64,000 nt of DNA, from assembly GCA_035479415.1 (NCBI GenBank), contig DATIIS010000051.1:19138-83137 (forward strand), in the 5' to 3' direction. This document shows, piece by piece, positions 24,882-35,423 of this stretch. The notes under the pieces were generated by a model. It was given only the letters and a program-made list of their open reading frames with translations, had not been told where the DNA came from and made no database searches. Position numbers and translations under genes: made by a program. Origin of the DNA: Candidatus Saccharimonadales bacterium (lineage in GTDB: Bacteria > Patescibacteriota > Microgenomatia > Levybacterales > UBA12049). Positions within the stretch are counted from its first letter, which is position 1, and the number at the start of each line of letters is the position of its first letter.

Positions 24882-26867
24882 ATGAATAAAAGAAATACTT
24901 CACTTGATGGATTGCGTGGATTTGCAGCATTGAGCGTATTTTTAGCACATGCCGGTTTTAATATCTCTGCACTTACTGCTATTCCTTTTATTTTAGTTGC
25001 CTACTCTACTCTCGCAGTTGGGACAAATGCCGTCCAGATACTTTTTGTATTGAGCGGATTTCTCATGAGCTATCTCTATAGTGAGGAAACACATGCTTTT
25101 CGTTTTATCCGAAAAAGATATACAAGAATTTTTCCTGTTTATATCGTTATTATCACTTATCTATGGTTGGTGTTTATGGGGATTGGGACAGCGTGGTATG
25201 AACAACTTGTAATGCTTTTTGCTATTGCATTTGTTTTTAATAGTGGTTGGCGTTTAATCAGAAAGTTTGACACGAGCGGCAAAATACGAGCTGGAATTTT
25301 TTGGGGATTTATTGTGTTACAAATTTTTTTGGCACTTGGTCTTGTTACCACACAATCTCATTTCTCGCAACATTATCCGCCTCTTATCACATGGCTTGCC
25401 AATTCATCATTAACGACTGATTTTACATCAGGTATGTGGAGGCTTCTCAATCAAGCATGGAGTCTTGTACCTGAAGTTCTTTTTTATCTAACTTTTCCGT
25501 TTCTTGCAATTCCTCTTATCCATCTTGCAAAAAAACGAGGATTTATTGTTTCCCTCCTTATAGTTCTTGGCATGACAAAAATCTTTTTTGATCTTGACAC
25601 CGCGCTTTATTCATATGCGAATTTTCAGAGTATGAATATTGCCAGAGCGTCAGGTTTTATCGCCGGAGTTGTCATTGGAACTATCTATAAATCACAAGGA
25701 GCGCTTTGGAAATTTATTGAGAAAATTTTTAGTCGTTCAATTTTTGGACTTCTTGTCTTCATACTATTTCTTTATATTCAATGGAGTGTCGGCAATTCCA
25801 TAGCAAGTGGAAGTGCAAGTATCATGACTCTCAATCTTTATTATCTTGTATCGAGTTGGATTATTGTTCTTCTTATAGCAGCAGTACTATTACCCAATAC
25901 GTGGATGAATAGGTTTTTTGGACAGAGGTCTTTCGCTTTTTTTGGTGTTATAAGTTACTCTGTTTATCTTATTCATACATCAATTCTTCAAATTTCAGGC
26001 ACAATAACTACCCTTGTCATGCCATTAACATTGTTCTCAGGAATTTTTAATTTATTATTTGGACTTGTCTTAACAATTATTATTTCGTATCTATTATTTC
26101 GTTTTATCGAATCATTATATTTTTTCGATAAAAAACATCCTGATAATAAAGCTCTGACAAAAAGCGTTGTTGAGAAGAAAACTGCTAATAGATTTCCAAA
26201 AAAGAAAATTACTTTTGGAAGTATTATATATCTTGTTATAATTCTCATTCTCTATTCTGGAAATTATTCTTCATCACTTCTTGTTTCAAGAAATCCAATT
26301 GCAAATTCAGATCATACAAATGAAGTTTCATTAAGTCACCCATTTACTATTCCATTTATTTCTCGTTATCCAAATTTAAGTGAAGTCGTCATCCTTATGA
26401 GATATGTCAACACAAGTGGTCTCACAATTAGTCAAATAAAAAAACCTACACAATTGGTTTTTCGTTTGTATGATCAAAAACATACACTGATGTTTCAATC
26501 AATACGAGACGCATCACAAGTTGATGGACAACTTAGATTTCCTTTTGGTTTTCCAACACTTACAGATTCACAAAATAAACAATATACAATAGAACTCTCG
26601 CTTTCAAAACCTTTTCATGGAGAAGGATTGCTAGTCAATACATCTCCCACAAGTTTGGTTAGTGTTTATACAACTTCTCAAACAAGCAAAATTAAAAAGA
26701 TCCCATCATTTCTTATCAACCGTTTGATTTTTGCATTTACCAATCCAGACGCGCAATTTGCAATTGGATTTTTAGTGTTCATAGTTCTTCTGGAGTTCTT
26801 GCCGGAAGATATAAAAGTAGACTTTTTCTTTAAAGATAAAAATGTTAAAAAAAAGAAAAGAAAATAA
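24882..26867 (+). CDS. acyltransferase family 3 membrane protein with ~230-aa C-terminal extracytoplasmic extension
   Basis: 661 aa. LDGLRGFAALSVFLAHA at the N-terminus, then 10-11 TM and a long soluble tail. Confidence 0.75.
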   Translation: MNKRNTSLDGLRGFAALSVFLAHAGFNISALTAIPFILVAYSTLAVGTNAVQILFVLSGFLMSYLYSEETHAFRFIRKRYTRIFPVYIVIITYLWLVFMGIGTAWYEQLVMLFAIAFVFNSGWRLIRKFDTSGKIRAGIFWGFIVLQIFLALGLVTTQSHFSQHYPPLITWLANSSLTTDFTSGMWRLLNQAWSLVPEVLFYLTFPFLAIPLIHLAKKRGFIVSLLIVLGMTKIFFDLDTALYSYANFQSMNIARASGFIAGVVIGTIYKSQGALWKFIEKIFSRSIFGLLVFILFLYIQWSVGNSIASGSASIMTLNLYYLVSSWIIVLLIAAVLLPNTWMNRFFGQRSFAFFGVISYSVYLIHTSILQISGTITTLVMPLTLFSGIFNLLFGLVLTIIISYLLFRFIESLYFFDKKHPDNKALTKSVVEKKTANRFPKKKITFGSIIYLVIILILYSGNYSSSLLVSRNPIANSDHTNEVSLSHPFTIPFISRYPNLSEVVILMRYVNTSGLTISQIKKPTQLVFRLYDQKHTLMFQSIRDASQVDGQLRFPFGFPTLTDSQNKQYTIELSLSKPFHGEGLLVNTSPTSLVSVYTTSQTSKIKKIPSFLINRLIFAFTNPDAQFAIGFLVFIVLLEFLPEDIKVDFFFKDKNVKKKKRK

Positions 26868-26869
26868 TA

Positions 26870-27970
26870 TTAGATACTTCTTCTCCAAGCCTCTTCGACT
26901 TTTTCATTGGTGATAAATGGATTGATCGACATGATAAAAAAATCTGAAAGAGCTTGCAGATATGGCTCATACAATTTCCTCATATGAGTTATTTTTTCTG
27001 CAGCAACATGGCCATCTCTCAGTGGGAAATCTGTTTCTTTAAGAAGTTTTCGTAAGTTCATAAAATCCTTTTCTGAAAGTCGATCTTTTTTTGTAGATTT
27101 AGCTTCGAGATAGAAAGCTTGTGTCAGATCTACAGCTGCATGACGAGCGATTGCGAATGTAGATTTGGCTTTTGAATGAAGAGCATGATTTTTACTTGCA
27201 AGTACAAGTGAAGATGCATCAAGGATCATCAGAAGTGCTGCAACCCACGATTGATTGTCATGTTGAGATCGGTAATACGCAAGAACGGGATAAGAGATGT
27301 GAGTTTCAAGTAATTCAGCACACCATTGTTCCCAATTTTCAAATTGTGTTTTAAGTTCTTCTGTCGTATCACCATTTGAAATATTTTGCAATAAATAGAT
27401 AGCACTTGGTGGAGACCCCGCATGTGAATCAAGTAAATTGATATTTACTTCGCGTCTAGAAAATGCCTGATATAGGACAGGTAAATATCCTATGACCATA
27501 GCTAGAAAAGCAAAACCGATGCCACTTTCAATAATTGCTAGGAGTTTTCCAGGGACTTGCAGTGGATATGTATCAGCAAGCCCTACCGGGAAAAATGTTC
27601 CCCCGCTTAAATAAAAATAAGTAACAAAATCTCTCGCGTTATGAGGACTCTCAATATCTGTTTGCAGTCCAAAGTTGATAAATGCAAATCCAAAAATGAG
27701 TGCAATCGCCCAAATTGTTATGAGAACAATAAGTGAAAGAGGTCCAAAGATACCGAGATAAGCTTTGATATCGTATGGATTTTTAGATGTGATAAAGTGT
27801 TTGCCTTTTAACCATAATTTCCAAAATGTTTTATAAAAAAGTCTGGATAATCGAATTCGCCTGTTGACTCTTCTTGGCAGGACTATTGCTTCAAATGCAT
27901 CGACAAGTATGGCTAAAATAATAATGACACCAAACAGTGCGAAAAAAAACATATGAATTGAATTATACAA
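26870..27970 (-). CDS. potassium-channel-like (Ion_trans_2) protein with degenerate selectivity filter
   Basis: 366 aa. N-terminal LVDAFEAIVLPRRVNRRIR is followed by a pore-like segment, FYLSGGTFFPVGLADTYP, where canonical channels have TxGYGD. The soluble C-terminal domain is about 200 aa. Confidence 0.45.
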   Translation of the reverse strand: MYNSIHMFFFALFGVIIILAILVDAFEAIVLPRRVNRRIRLSRLFYKTFWKLWLKGKHFITSKNPYDIKAYLGIFGPLSLIVLITIWAIALIFGFAFINFGLQTDIESPHNARDFVTYFYLSGGTFFPVGLADTYPLQVPGKLLAIIESGIGFAFLAMVIGYLPVLYQAFSRREVNINLLDSHAGSPPSAIYLLQNISNGDTTEELKTQFENWEQWCAELLETHISYPVLAYYRSQHDNQSWVAALLMILDASSLVLASKNHALHSKAKSTFAIARHAAVDLTQAFYLEAKSTKKDRLSEKDFMNLRKLLKETDFPLRDGHVAAEKITHMRKLYEPYLQALSDFFIMSINPFITNEKVEEAWRRSI

Positions 27971-28018
27971 TATGATGAATTATTAATATATAAACGAGTG
28001 ATTTGCTATAATGAAAAT

Positions 28019-28606
28019 ATGAAGCGCTTCAAACTTATTCTTATTGCATGTATTATTGTAGTCATTGCTGGTATGATACTTTATTTTGCCTCACTATTTT
28101 CGGCCAATCAACGTCAAGAAGCTGCAGTTATCGAGCAAATAAGAACTCTCAATAGATGGGAGACCTCTTCATACACAATTCAACAAATTATTGACAGTGG
28201 TAACAGTGGAAATGTATTTCAGCGGTTACTATTTGGCGATAGAATTCTTCTTGTTGCACAAGGAACAGTTGTCTCAGGATTTGATTTATCAAATATTTCC
28301 AGTAAAAGCATTCATATAAATGGCAAAAGCGTATCCGTTGATTTGCCCGCTCCTGAAATCCTTTCAACATCACTTGATGAATCACAAACCAAGGTTTATG
28401 ACAGACAAAAAGGACTACTTGTTCCATCAAACGACAATCTCGAATCAGAAGCAAGAGCATCAGCGGTTAATAAAATAAGACAGGCAGCCTGTACAGGAGG
28501 GATTTTAACAGTGGCATCTGATAATGCCAAAAAACAATTGACCTCTATGATGCAGGCACTTGGTTTTAGTGAAATTACTATTTCTGTTCCACAAGGGCAT
28601 TGTTGA
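28019..28606 (+). CDS. DUF4230 domain protein (membrane anchored)
   Basis: ATG 28019 lies 6 nt after TGCTATAAT (28007-28012). GTVVSGFDLSNISSKSIHINGKSVSVDLPAPEIL fits DUF4230. Confidence 0.6.
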   Translation: MKRFKLILIACIIVVIAGMILYFASLFSANQRQEAAVIEQIRTLNRWETSSYTIQQIIDSGNSGNVFQRLLFGDRILLVAQGTVVSGFDLSNISSKSIHINGKSVSVDLPAPEILSTSLDESQTKVYDRQKGLLVPSNDNLESEARASAVNKIRQAACTGGILTVASDNAKKQLTSMMQALGFSEITISVPQGHC

Positions 28607-28626
28607 GGGTTGAATTTAGTTATTAG

Positions 28627-28986
28627 TTATTGAGTAGCAACTAGTTCCCCTTGGATTACGTGATGAGATGAAGCGTATTGTTTAAGTAAATTGACATTTT
28701 TCGTATTCACTTTTCTTAGAAAATAGACACTATCTCCCACTACAGGCACGAGTCCAACGACAAAATTTACAGCAATATTGCCAATCATTCTTGCAATAAT
28801 TGTTTTTGGCGCCTTCATCTCTACAGCAATCCATACAATATACATCGATAGAAGTGCATCAATAACATCTCCAAGCCATGGTATCAAACCAAATACCGTG
28901 CTCAGACCAAATTTGAATTTCCCAAATCCAAATAAATTATCCAGCATATATGCAAAAGTAGTGGCAAATGTAAGATGAGCATTCAT
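28627..28986 (-). CDS. DUF4112 domain membrane protein
   Basis: 119 aa. GLSTVFGLIPWLGDVIDALLSMYIV is the DUF4112 core. Confidence 0.6.
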   Translation of the reverse strand: MNAHLTFATTFAYMLDNLFGFGKFKFGLSTVFGLIPWLGDVIDALLSMYIVWIAVEMKAPKTIIARMIGNIAVNFVVGLVPVVGDSVYFLRKVNTKNVNLLKQYASSHHVIQGELVATQ

Positions 28987-29053
28987 AGTTATCTAATAAT
29001 ACAGCTTTTATGTGAGATATAGGAAAGAATTTGATTTTTGTTTAGTTACATTA

Positions 29054-29794
29054 TTACTTGAGTAATTCTTTCAATTTGTTTGCGTTATCAATTGCATATC
29101 CATGAAAATCATTATTGAAATAAACATAGACTTTTTTGACTTGTGAAGAAATGCTTCGTATATATGAGGCTAATTCTTTTAATTGTTCTGAAGAATATGA
29201 TGATGAAAAAAGCTTCTCAGGTCCATGCATTCGTATGTAGGCAACATCAGCTGTAATTTGTCTCATCTCAGGGTAACGTGATGATTGCCCATCAACAAGC
29301 GCTACATTATATTGTTTTAATACTTTAAACGTCTCTTCAGTGAACCAATACTTATTTCTAAATTCTATCGCTATATCGAATTTATATTCTTGTTTATCGA
29401 CTTCTTTTCTAAAAAATGCGAGAAATGTTTTTAATTTCTCTACATCATATCTAAAATTTGCGGGTAATTGAATAACAATTGCTCCGAGTTTGTCTCTAAG
29501 AATTTGTGTTGTTTCTAGAATATGTTTTGTATTCTTAATTACTTCATCATCTATTGCCAGCTTGTGATAATGAGTAATAGTTCTATTAAGTTTTAGAGAA
29601 AAAGTATAATTTTCTGGTGTCATCCGATACCATGTCTTGTAGGTAGATTCGCTAGCAATTCGATAAAAAGATGAATTATTCTCAACTGAATTAAAAAATG
29701 TTGAATGATACGAAAGCTCATTATACCCTTTTATTTCTGGTGGATAAAAAAAGACTAATCCAGTCATCATAGTGCCATCCTGATGTGCCAACAT
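29054..29794 (-). CDS. DUF72 family protein
   Basis: FYPPEIKGYNELSYHSTFFNSVENNSSFYRI is the DUF72 core. The N-terminus looks short compared with the usual GTSGWSY start. Confidence 0.6.
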   Translation of the reverse strand: MLAHQDGTMMTGLVFFYPPEIKGYNELSYHSTFFNSVENNSSFYRIASESTYKTWYRMTPENYTFSLKLNRTITHYHKLAIDDEVIKNTKHILETTQILRDKLGAIVIQLPANFRYDVEKLKTFLAFFRKEVDKQEYKFDIAIEFRNKYWFTEETFKVLKQYNVALVDGQSSRYPEMRQITADVAYIRMHGPEKLFSSSYSSEQLKELASYIRSISSQVKKVYVYFNNDFHGYAIDNANKLKELLK

Positions 29795-29893
29795 AATAAC
29801 ATATTTTCATAAGAGAAATTTAGAAAAGATTGAGTATACCAAAAATTGACAATAAAGTTTTTTACCTCAACTCCTGTTATAATAGTATTCTTC

Positions 29894-31213
29894 ATGACAC
29901 TTCTTAAAAAATTACAGGAACTATTTAAAGGTAAGAATGGATTTATTTTAACTGAAGAATTTCAACAGATATTGAATCTCATTCAGACATCTAATCAAAA
30001 TTTATTCATTACAGGCAAAGCTGGAACTGGCAAATCTACTCTCATTGAGCTCATTCGCAATCATGTAGATAAAAAGATTGTCGTTCTTGCACCAACTGGT
30101 CTTTCGGCTATAAACGTACGAGGTCAGACGATTCATTCTTTTTTTCATCTTCCTCCTCGATTGATTACTCGTGATTCAATACGTAGGCTTTATAATGATC
30201 GCATTTTTAAAGATATCGATACGGTTATTATTGATGAGATATCTATGGTACGTGCTGATGTCATTGATGGGATAGATCATTTTTTGCGAATTCATGGTAA
30301 AGACAGAAATTTACCTTTTGGTGGAATACAAATGATTTTTGTCGGAGATTTGTATCAGTTACCACCTATTTTGCGTCAAGAAGAGTCACATGTCTATTAT
30401 CAATTGTATGATACACCATATTTTTTTAGTGCCAGTGCTTTTAATGAACGAAATTTTATTTTTATAGAATTAACTCAAATTTTTAGACAAAAGGATGAGA
30501 AATTTGTAAATATCCTCAATTCCGTACGAGTTGGAACAATAAATCAACAAGCGCTTGAGCCAATTAATGCGCGTTTTGCAGAAAGTCGCTTGGATCGTAA
30601 TAAATACATTACCTTAACAACGACCAATGCCGTTGCCAACAGTATCAATGAATCAGAATTAAATAAAATTAATCAACTAGTCTTTACCTATGCCGCAGAA
30701 ATTGAAGGAGATTTCCCAACTACCAATACAACACTTCCCGTAGAATTGGAATTACATCTTAAAAAAGGCGCACGCGTGATGTTTGTCAAAAATGATAAAG
30801 GTCGTATGTGGGTTAACGGAACACTTGGTACAGTACACGCCCTAAAAGAAGATAGTATTGAAGTCAAAATCGAAGAAAACAACAGATCAGAAATCGTAAC
30901 AGTATCTAAGGAAAAATGGGAAAATATAAAATATGATTTGGATGATGACACAAATGAATTAAAAGAAAAAGTTATGGGTACACTTACACAATATCCACTT
31001 CGGCTTGCCTGGGCAATTACCATTCATAAAAGTCAAGGAATGACATTTGAAAAAGTAAATATCGATTTTACAAAGTCACCTTTTGCACATGGACAGACAT
31101 ATGTCGCTCTTAGTAGATGCCGGACAATTGAAGGAATTGTTCTCTCAAAGAAGATATGGCCAAATGATGTAATAGTTGATGAGCGAATTATCGCCTTTTC
31201 TAAAAGAATATGA
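29894..31213 (+). CDS. PIF1/RecD-like superfamily 1 DNA helicase
   Basis: Walker A GKAGTGKST, Walker B IIDEISMV, FVGDLYQLPP, and C-terminal LAWAITIHKSQGMTF. ATG 29894 lies downstream of TGTTATAAT (29875-29883). Confidence 0.75.
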   Translation: MTLLKKLQELFKGKNGFILTEEFQQILNLIQTSNQNLFITGKAGTGKSTLIELIRNHVDKKIVVLAPTGLSAINVRGQTIHSFFHLPPRLITRDSIRRLYNDRIFKDIDTVIIDEISMVRADVIDGIDHFLRIHGKDRNLPFGGIQMIFVGDLYQLPPILRQEESHVYYQLYDTPYFFSASAFNERNFIFIELTQIFRQKDEKFVNILNSVRVGTINQQALEPINARFAESRLDRNKYITLTTTNAVANSINESELNKINQLVFTYAAEIEGDFPTTNTTLPVELELHLKKGARVMFVKNDKGRMWVNGTLGTVHALKEDSIEVKIEENNRSEIVTVSKEKWENIKYDLDDDTNELKEKVMGTLTQYPLRLAWAITIHKSQGMTFEKVNIDFTKSPFAHGQTYVALSRCRTIEGIVLSKKIWPNDVIVDERIIAFSKRI

Positions 31214-31776
31214 TGGACACAAAAGTGAGATGTGAATGGGCACTCGACCCATTAAATATCGTTTATCATGATGAAGAATGGGGTGTCCCAGTTCATGATG
31301 ATACAAAATTGTTTGAGTTTCTTATCCTAGAAGGTGCACAGGCAGGACTTTCTTGGACAACAATTCTTAAGAAAAGAGAAAATTATCGTAAAGCATTTGA
31401 TTCGTTTAACACTCAAAAAATTGCAAAGTATGATCAAAAGAAAATAGATTCGCTTTTAGAAAATCCCGGAATTATTCGCAATAAATTAAAAATTGCGGCG
31501 ACAATCAAAAACGCAAAAGCATGTATAGCAGTACAAAAAGAATTTGGAAGTTTTGATTCGTATATATGGAGTTTTGTGCACAATAAAACAATCAAAAATT
31601 CTTTCAGAAAGTTAAGTGATTATCCCACTAAAACAAAAGAAGCAGAAGAGATGAGTAAAGATTTACTCAAGCGTGGATTTACGTTTGTGGGGCCTACTAT
31701 TTGTTACGCATTTATGCAGGCAGTAGGACTTGTTAATGATCATCAAATTTCCTGTTTTCGTAGTAACGAAGTCTAA
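31210..31776 (+). CDS. tag: DNA-3-methyladenine glycosylase I
   Basis: 188 aa. CEW..YHDEEWGVPVHDD..LFEFLILEGAQAGLSWTTILKKREN fits Tag. ATGA overlap with the helicase gene. Confidence 0.85.
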   Translation: MMDTKVRCEWALDPLNIVYHDEEWGVPVHDDTKLFEFLILEGAQAGLSWTTILKKRENYRKAFDSFNTQKIAKYDQKKIDSLLENPGIIRNKLKIAATIKNAKACIAVQKEFGSFDSYIWSFVHNKTIKNSFRKLSDYPTKTKEAEEMSKDLLKRGFTFVGPTICYAFMQAVGLVNDHQISCFRSNEV

Positions 31777-31777
31777 G

Positions 31778-32050
31778 TTATTCTTCCATGAGTTCATCAA
31801 TATAGCAGTATTTCCATTCTTCTCCTGGTTCAAATGATTTAATGACTGGATGTTTGGTTGAATGATAGTGTTTGGTGGCATGTTTATTTTTAGAGTTATC
31901 GCAACAACCTACATGTCCGCATGTGAGGCAAAGACGCAAATGTAGCCATGAGTCTCCCATTGCAAGACATTCTTCACAACCTTTTGGAGTTTTGGGCTTT
32001 ATTTTTTTGTTGGCTTCTTTCAGGTGTTCACAGACTTGTTGCATAATCAT
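31778..32050 (-). CDS. UBP-type zinc-finger protein
   Basis: 90 aa. CEECLAMGDSWLHLRLCLTCGHVGCCDNSKNKHATKHYHSTKHPV fits the zf-UBP family. Confidence 0.7.
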   Translation of the reverse strand: MIMQQVCEHLKEANKKIKPKTPKGCEECLAMGDSWLHLRLCLTCGHVGCCDNSKNKHATKHYHSTKHPVIKSFEPGEEWKYCYIDELMEE

Positions 32051-32099
32051 AGTGTACCAGATTTTATTATATTTCGAAATCTGCTAGTATTACATACTA

Positions 32100-32669
32100 A
32101 TGACACAGAAAGAATCACATCATCTTCAACCCATAACACTTATTTTTACTTTTACTGTTAAAAAAGGTAAAGAAAAAGAATTTGAAGAATGGGCTCATGA
32201 GATAACGCATGAAGAACAACATTTTGAAGGTCATCTAGGGAATAATTGGATAAAACCCGTTCCAGGTGGTAGAGACTATACAGTCATCTATAAATTTATT
32301 GATGCACAACATTTCCATAAATGGGAACATTCAGACATACGCAAAAAGCTTCTTAAAAAAGTAGAGCCTCTCATTCAAGAATATAGACCACAACGACTAC
32401 AGCAAGTAACTGGACTTGAGACATGGTTTACACTTCCTGGGAAAGTAACAGTTAAGCCGCCACCTCGATGGAAAATGGTTATCGCAACGATGATCGGGAT
32501 ATATCCGATTGGGCTTATTTATCAAGCATATCTTGTTGATGCGATACTAAAGTTGCCACTTCTTCTTAGACCAATTGCCTTATCTCTCATACTTACACCA
32601 ATTTTGACATACATTATTATGCCGCAGCTAACTAAATTATTACAGCGTTGGCTCTATCCGAAGAAATAA
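32100..32669 (+). CDS. ABM (antibiotic biosynthesis monooxygenase)-like domain protein with C-terminal TM helices
   Basis: 189 aa with a ferredoxin-like N-domain (FTVKKGKEKEFEEW) followed by two TM. Confidence 0.45.
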   Translation: MTQKESHHLQPITLIFTFTVKKGKEKEFEEWAHEITHEEQHFEGHLGNNWIKPVPGGRDYTVIYKFIDAQHFHKWEHSDIRKKLLKKVEPLIQEYRPQRLQQVTGLETWFTLPGKVTVKPPPRWKMVIATMIGIYPIGLIYQAYLVDAILKLPLLLRPIALSLILTPILTYIIMPQLTKLLQRWLYPKK

Positions 32670-32731
32670 TTCATACATTTCAATTACATAAATTCATGTA
32701 CATTTTATCTCATCTTTGATACACTCTTCAG

Positions 32732-34156
32732 ATGATGTTAAAAAAGCTAGATCCTCGTTGGCTTGCATTTATTATCCTTTGTCTCGGAACGGTTATGGAA
32801 GTTCTTGATTCAACAATTGTAAATGTTGCTTTGCCATCTATCCGAACAAGTCTTCATTTTTCAGAATCCAACCTCGCCTGGGTAGTTAACGCCTATCTTT
32901 TGACATTTGGTGGCTTTCTTTTGCTTGGCGGCAGACTCGGTGATCTTTTTGGTCAACGGAAATTATTTATCATTGGCATAACTATCTTTACGTTATCATC
33001 TCTTGCTTGTGGCCTCGCCCAGACACAAGCAGTTTTGATAACGGCACGTGCGGTTCAGGGATTTGGAGGAGCAATTCTTGCTGCTGTCTCCTTATCTCTC
33101 ATTATGAATTTATTTACGACTCCAGAGGAGCGGACTCGTGCGATGGGATATTTTGGTTTTATTGCTGCAGGTGGTGGATCTATTGGAGTTCTTCTTGGAG
33201 GGCTACTTACCAATTCATTTGATTGGCATTGGAATTTTCTTATTAATGTGCCGATTGGAATTTTTGTCTTTATTGCATCACTCAAATTACTTCCGACAAG
33301 CAGAGTTGAGATGAAACATCGCCATCTTGATGCATTTGGTGCTATCACTGTGACTGCTTCACTTCTTCTTGCAGTCTATGCAATCGTCAATGGCAATCAA
33401 GCAGGGTGGATGTCTATGCAGACGACTACTCTTCTTGCGTTGGCAATCATTCTCTTGGCATTATTTGTTTGGATTGAGTCTCATGTCAAAGCGCCTCTTA
33501 TGCCACTTGGACTATTTAAATCGCGAAATATCACTGTTGCCAATATTATTTGTGTGTTGTGGGCAGCTTCTATGTTCGCGTGGTTCTTTCTCTCGGCACT
33601 TTATCTTCAATTAGTTTTGCATTACTCCCCTCTTCAGGTTGGCCTCACATTCCTTCCACCAAACCTCATCATGGCAGCATTTTCTGTAGGACTGTCTGCT
33701 AAATTGGTTATGAAATTTGGTATTAAAAAACCTATCATGGTGGGTCTTGCCCTCGCTGGGTTGGGTTTGGCTCTGTTTATTCGTGCACCACTTCATGCAA
33801 ATTTTGTTTGGGATGTCTTACCAAATATGATCCTTTTGGGATTAGGGGCTGGGATTGCTTTTAACCCAATTCTTCTTTCAGCGATGAATGATGTCAAACC
33901 CGAGGAATCAGGCCTCGCATCAGGACTTGTAAACACATCGTTTATGATGGGAGGAGCACTCGGTCTTGCAATTCTTGCTAGTATCGCTGCATCTCAAACA
34001 CATGCATTGCTTATGATAGGTCAAAACTCAATTCAGGCTCTTAACAATGGCTATCATGCAGCATTTCTCGTAGGTGCTCTCTCTGCTTTTCTTGCGGCGG
34101 GTCTTGGTGGCCTTCTTCATATTTCAAAAGTGAAAGCAAGTAACGTTGCTCATTAA
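32732..34156 (+). CDS. MFS transporter, DHA2/EmrB-like (14 TM)
   Basis: 474 aa. VALPSI, GRLGDLFGQRK (motif A-like) and 14 hydrophobic segments. ATG lies 6 nt after TACACT. Confidence 0.8.
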   Translation: MMLKKLDPRWLAFIILCLGTVMEVLDSTIVNVALPSIRTSLHFSESNLAWVVNAYLLTFGGFLLLGGRLGDLFGQRKLFIIGITIFTLSSLACGLAQTQAVLITARAVQGFGGAILAAVSLSLIMNLFTTPEERTRAMGYFGFIAAGGGSIGVLLGGLLTNSFDWHWNFLINVPIGIFVFIASLKLLPTSRVEMKHRHLDAFGAITVTASLLLAVYAIVNGNQAGWMSMQTTTLLALAIILLALFVWIESHVKAPLMPLGLFKSRNITVANIICVLWAASMFAWFFLSALYLQLVLHYSPLQVGLTFLPPNLIMAAFSVGLSAKLVMKFGIKKPIMVGLALAGLGLALFIRAPLHANFVWDVLPNMILLGLGAGIAFNPILLSAMNDVKPEESGLASGLVNTSFMMGGALGLAILASIAASQTHALLMIGQNSIQALNNGYHAAFLVGALSAFLAAGLGGLLHISKVKASNVAH

Positions 34157-34312
34157 CTTCCTCCAAATAATTCTTCAAAGAAAATACAGAAGCCGATAAT
34201 ACAAGTTTTAAAAAGGATTTTTATTCTACTTATAGACTACTTTAGCAGTCTTACTATAAATTAAAATAGCTTATAGCTTGTTTGAGAGGGATACTTGGGT
34301 TATAATTCCCAG

Positions 34313-35368
34313 ATGCGCGATTTTGATCTAGGAAGAAGACGATTTCTACAAGGTGCTGCATTAACCGGTGCAGTAAGTCTGTTAGCAGCATGTGGTGGAG
34401 AATCTCAACCCCGATGGAAAAAAGGACAAAATGGTGCACGCCCATTTAATGGCCAAGGAGTTGCTCGAATGGGATTTGCAACTCATCATGGTGACTATAT
34501 TCACAACTCAGGTATTACAGATGAACTTAGAATAATGAGCGCTATGGCGGTGGGATTAAATAGAACTGATACCAATTATAATGTTGTTAAGCCTACTGCA
34601 GATAGTCAATCAGATTATTCCAGACTTGATTTCATAGCTACTGAGAGTAACAAAACAGGAATCATTCCGGTTTTTATACTAAATTTAGATTCGGTGCCAG
34701 ATGGGATGGGAGATATCAACGGTATGTTGACTGTGTCTGAATACGCACAAAGCGCGTATGAATTAGCTAAACATGCCAAAGAACAGGGTCAAAAAGTAAT
34801 TTGGGAACTCGGAAATGAATTTAATGTGACAATGAATGGTCCTCAAGAGTATGTACCATATGCGACACAAGGCGCAAAGGCAATTAGACGAGCAGATAAA
34901 GATGCATTAATTGTAAGTGGTGGAATTACTCATTTCAATGATCCTGTTATGTGGGCAGCAAAGTTACGAGAAGCAGGAGCACTAGATGATGTCAATCTTT
35001 TTGGATACCATCCATACAATGATGCAAATGGGCCTACAGGAGAAGTATTTGATGCAGTGACTGAGATGTCTAATAAGGCGAGAATGAGAGTTGCTTATAC
35101 AGAATTTGGTTGGTCTACATTTGATGGTACCAATGGTGTATCGCCAGATCAGCAGGCTGCATATATAGCAGAAACATTTGATGGAATCCGAACTGGTCGA
35201 TTCCCAGTTGCTTTTGGGACTGTTTATGAATTGGTAGATAGCCCTGATGATTCAGTTCCACTACGACAGCATTATGGTATATTAACTTCAGATCTTCAGC
35301 CTAAAAATGGCGGACTAGCTGTTAATGACATAAGACATCAAGCAACGCTTTTTAAAAAAGCTGCATAA
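34313..35368 (+). CDS. Tat-signal lipoprotein, clan GH-A glycoside hydrolase (GH5/GH39-like)
   Basis: MRDFDLGRRRFLQGAALTGAVSLLAAC is a twin-arginine signal plus lipobox. WELGNEFN (acid/base NE) and YTEFGWS (nucleophile E) are present. ATG lies 6 nt after TATAAT (34301-34306). Confidence 0.55.
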   Translation: MRDFDLGRRRFLQGAALTGAVSLLAACGGESQPRWKKGQNGARPFNGQGVARMGFATHHGDYIHNSGITDELRIMSAMAVGLNRTDTNYNVVKPTADSQSDYSRLDFIATESNKTGIIPVFILNLDSVPDGMGDINGMLTVSEYAQSAYELAKHAKEQGQKVIWELGNEFNVTMNGPQEYVPYATQGAKAIRRADKDALIVSGGITHFNDPVMWAAKLREAGALDDVNLFGYHPYNDANGPTGEVFDAVTEMSNKARMRVAYTEFGWSTFDGTNGVSPDQQAAYIAETFDGIRTGRFPVAFGTVYELVDSPDDSVPLRQHYGILTSDLQPKNGGLAVNDIRHQATLFKKAA

Positions 35369-35388
35369 CGGATTCTTCTTTAATAGTC

Positions 35389-35418
35389 TTGACAGGTTCT
35401 CCCCTGACATTCCATAAT
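35389..35418 (+). promoter_or_regulatory. promoter TTGACA-18-CATAAT, 5 nt before GTG 35424
   Basis: TTGACA at 35389-35394 and CATAAT at 35413-35418. Confidence 0.55.
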
Positions 35419-35423
35419 CAATT

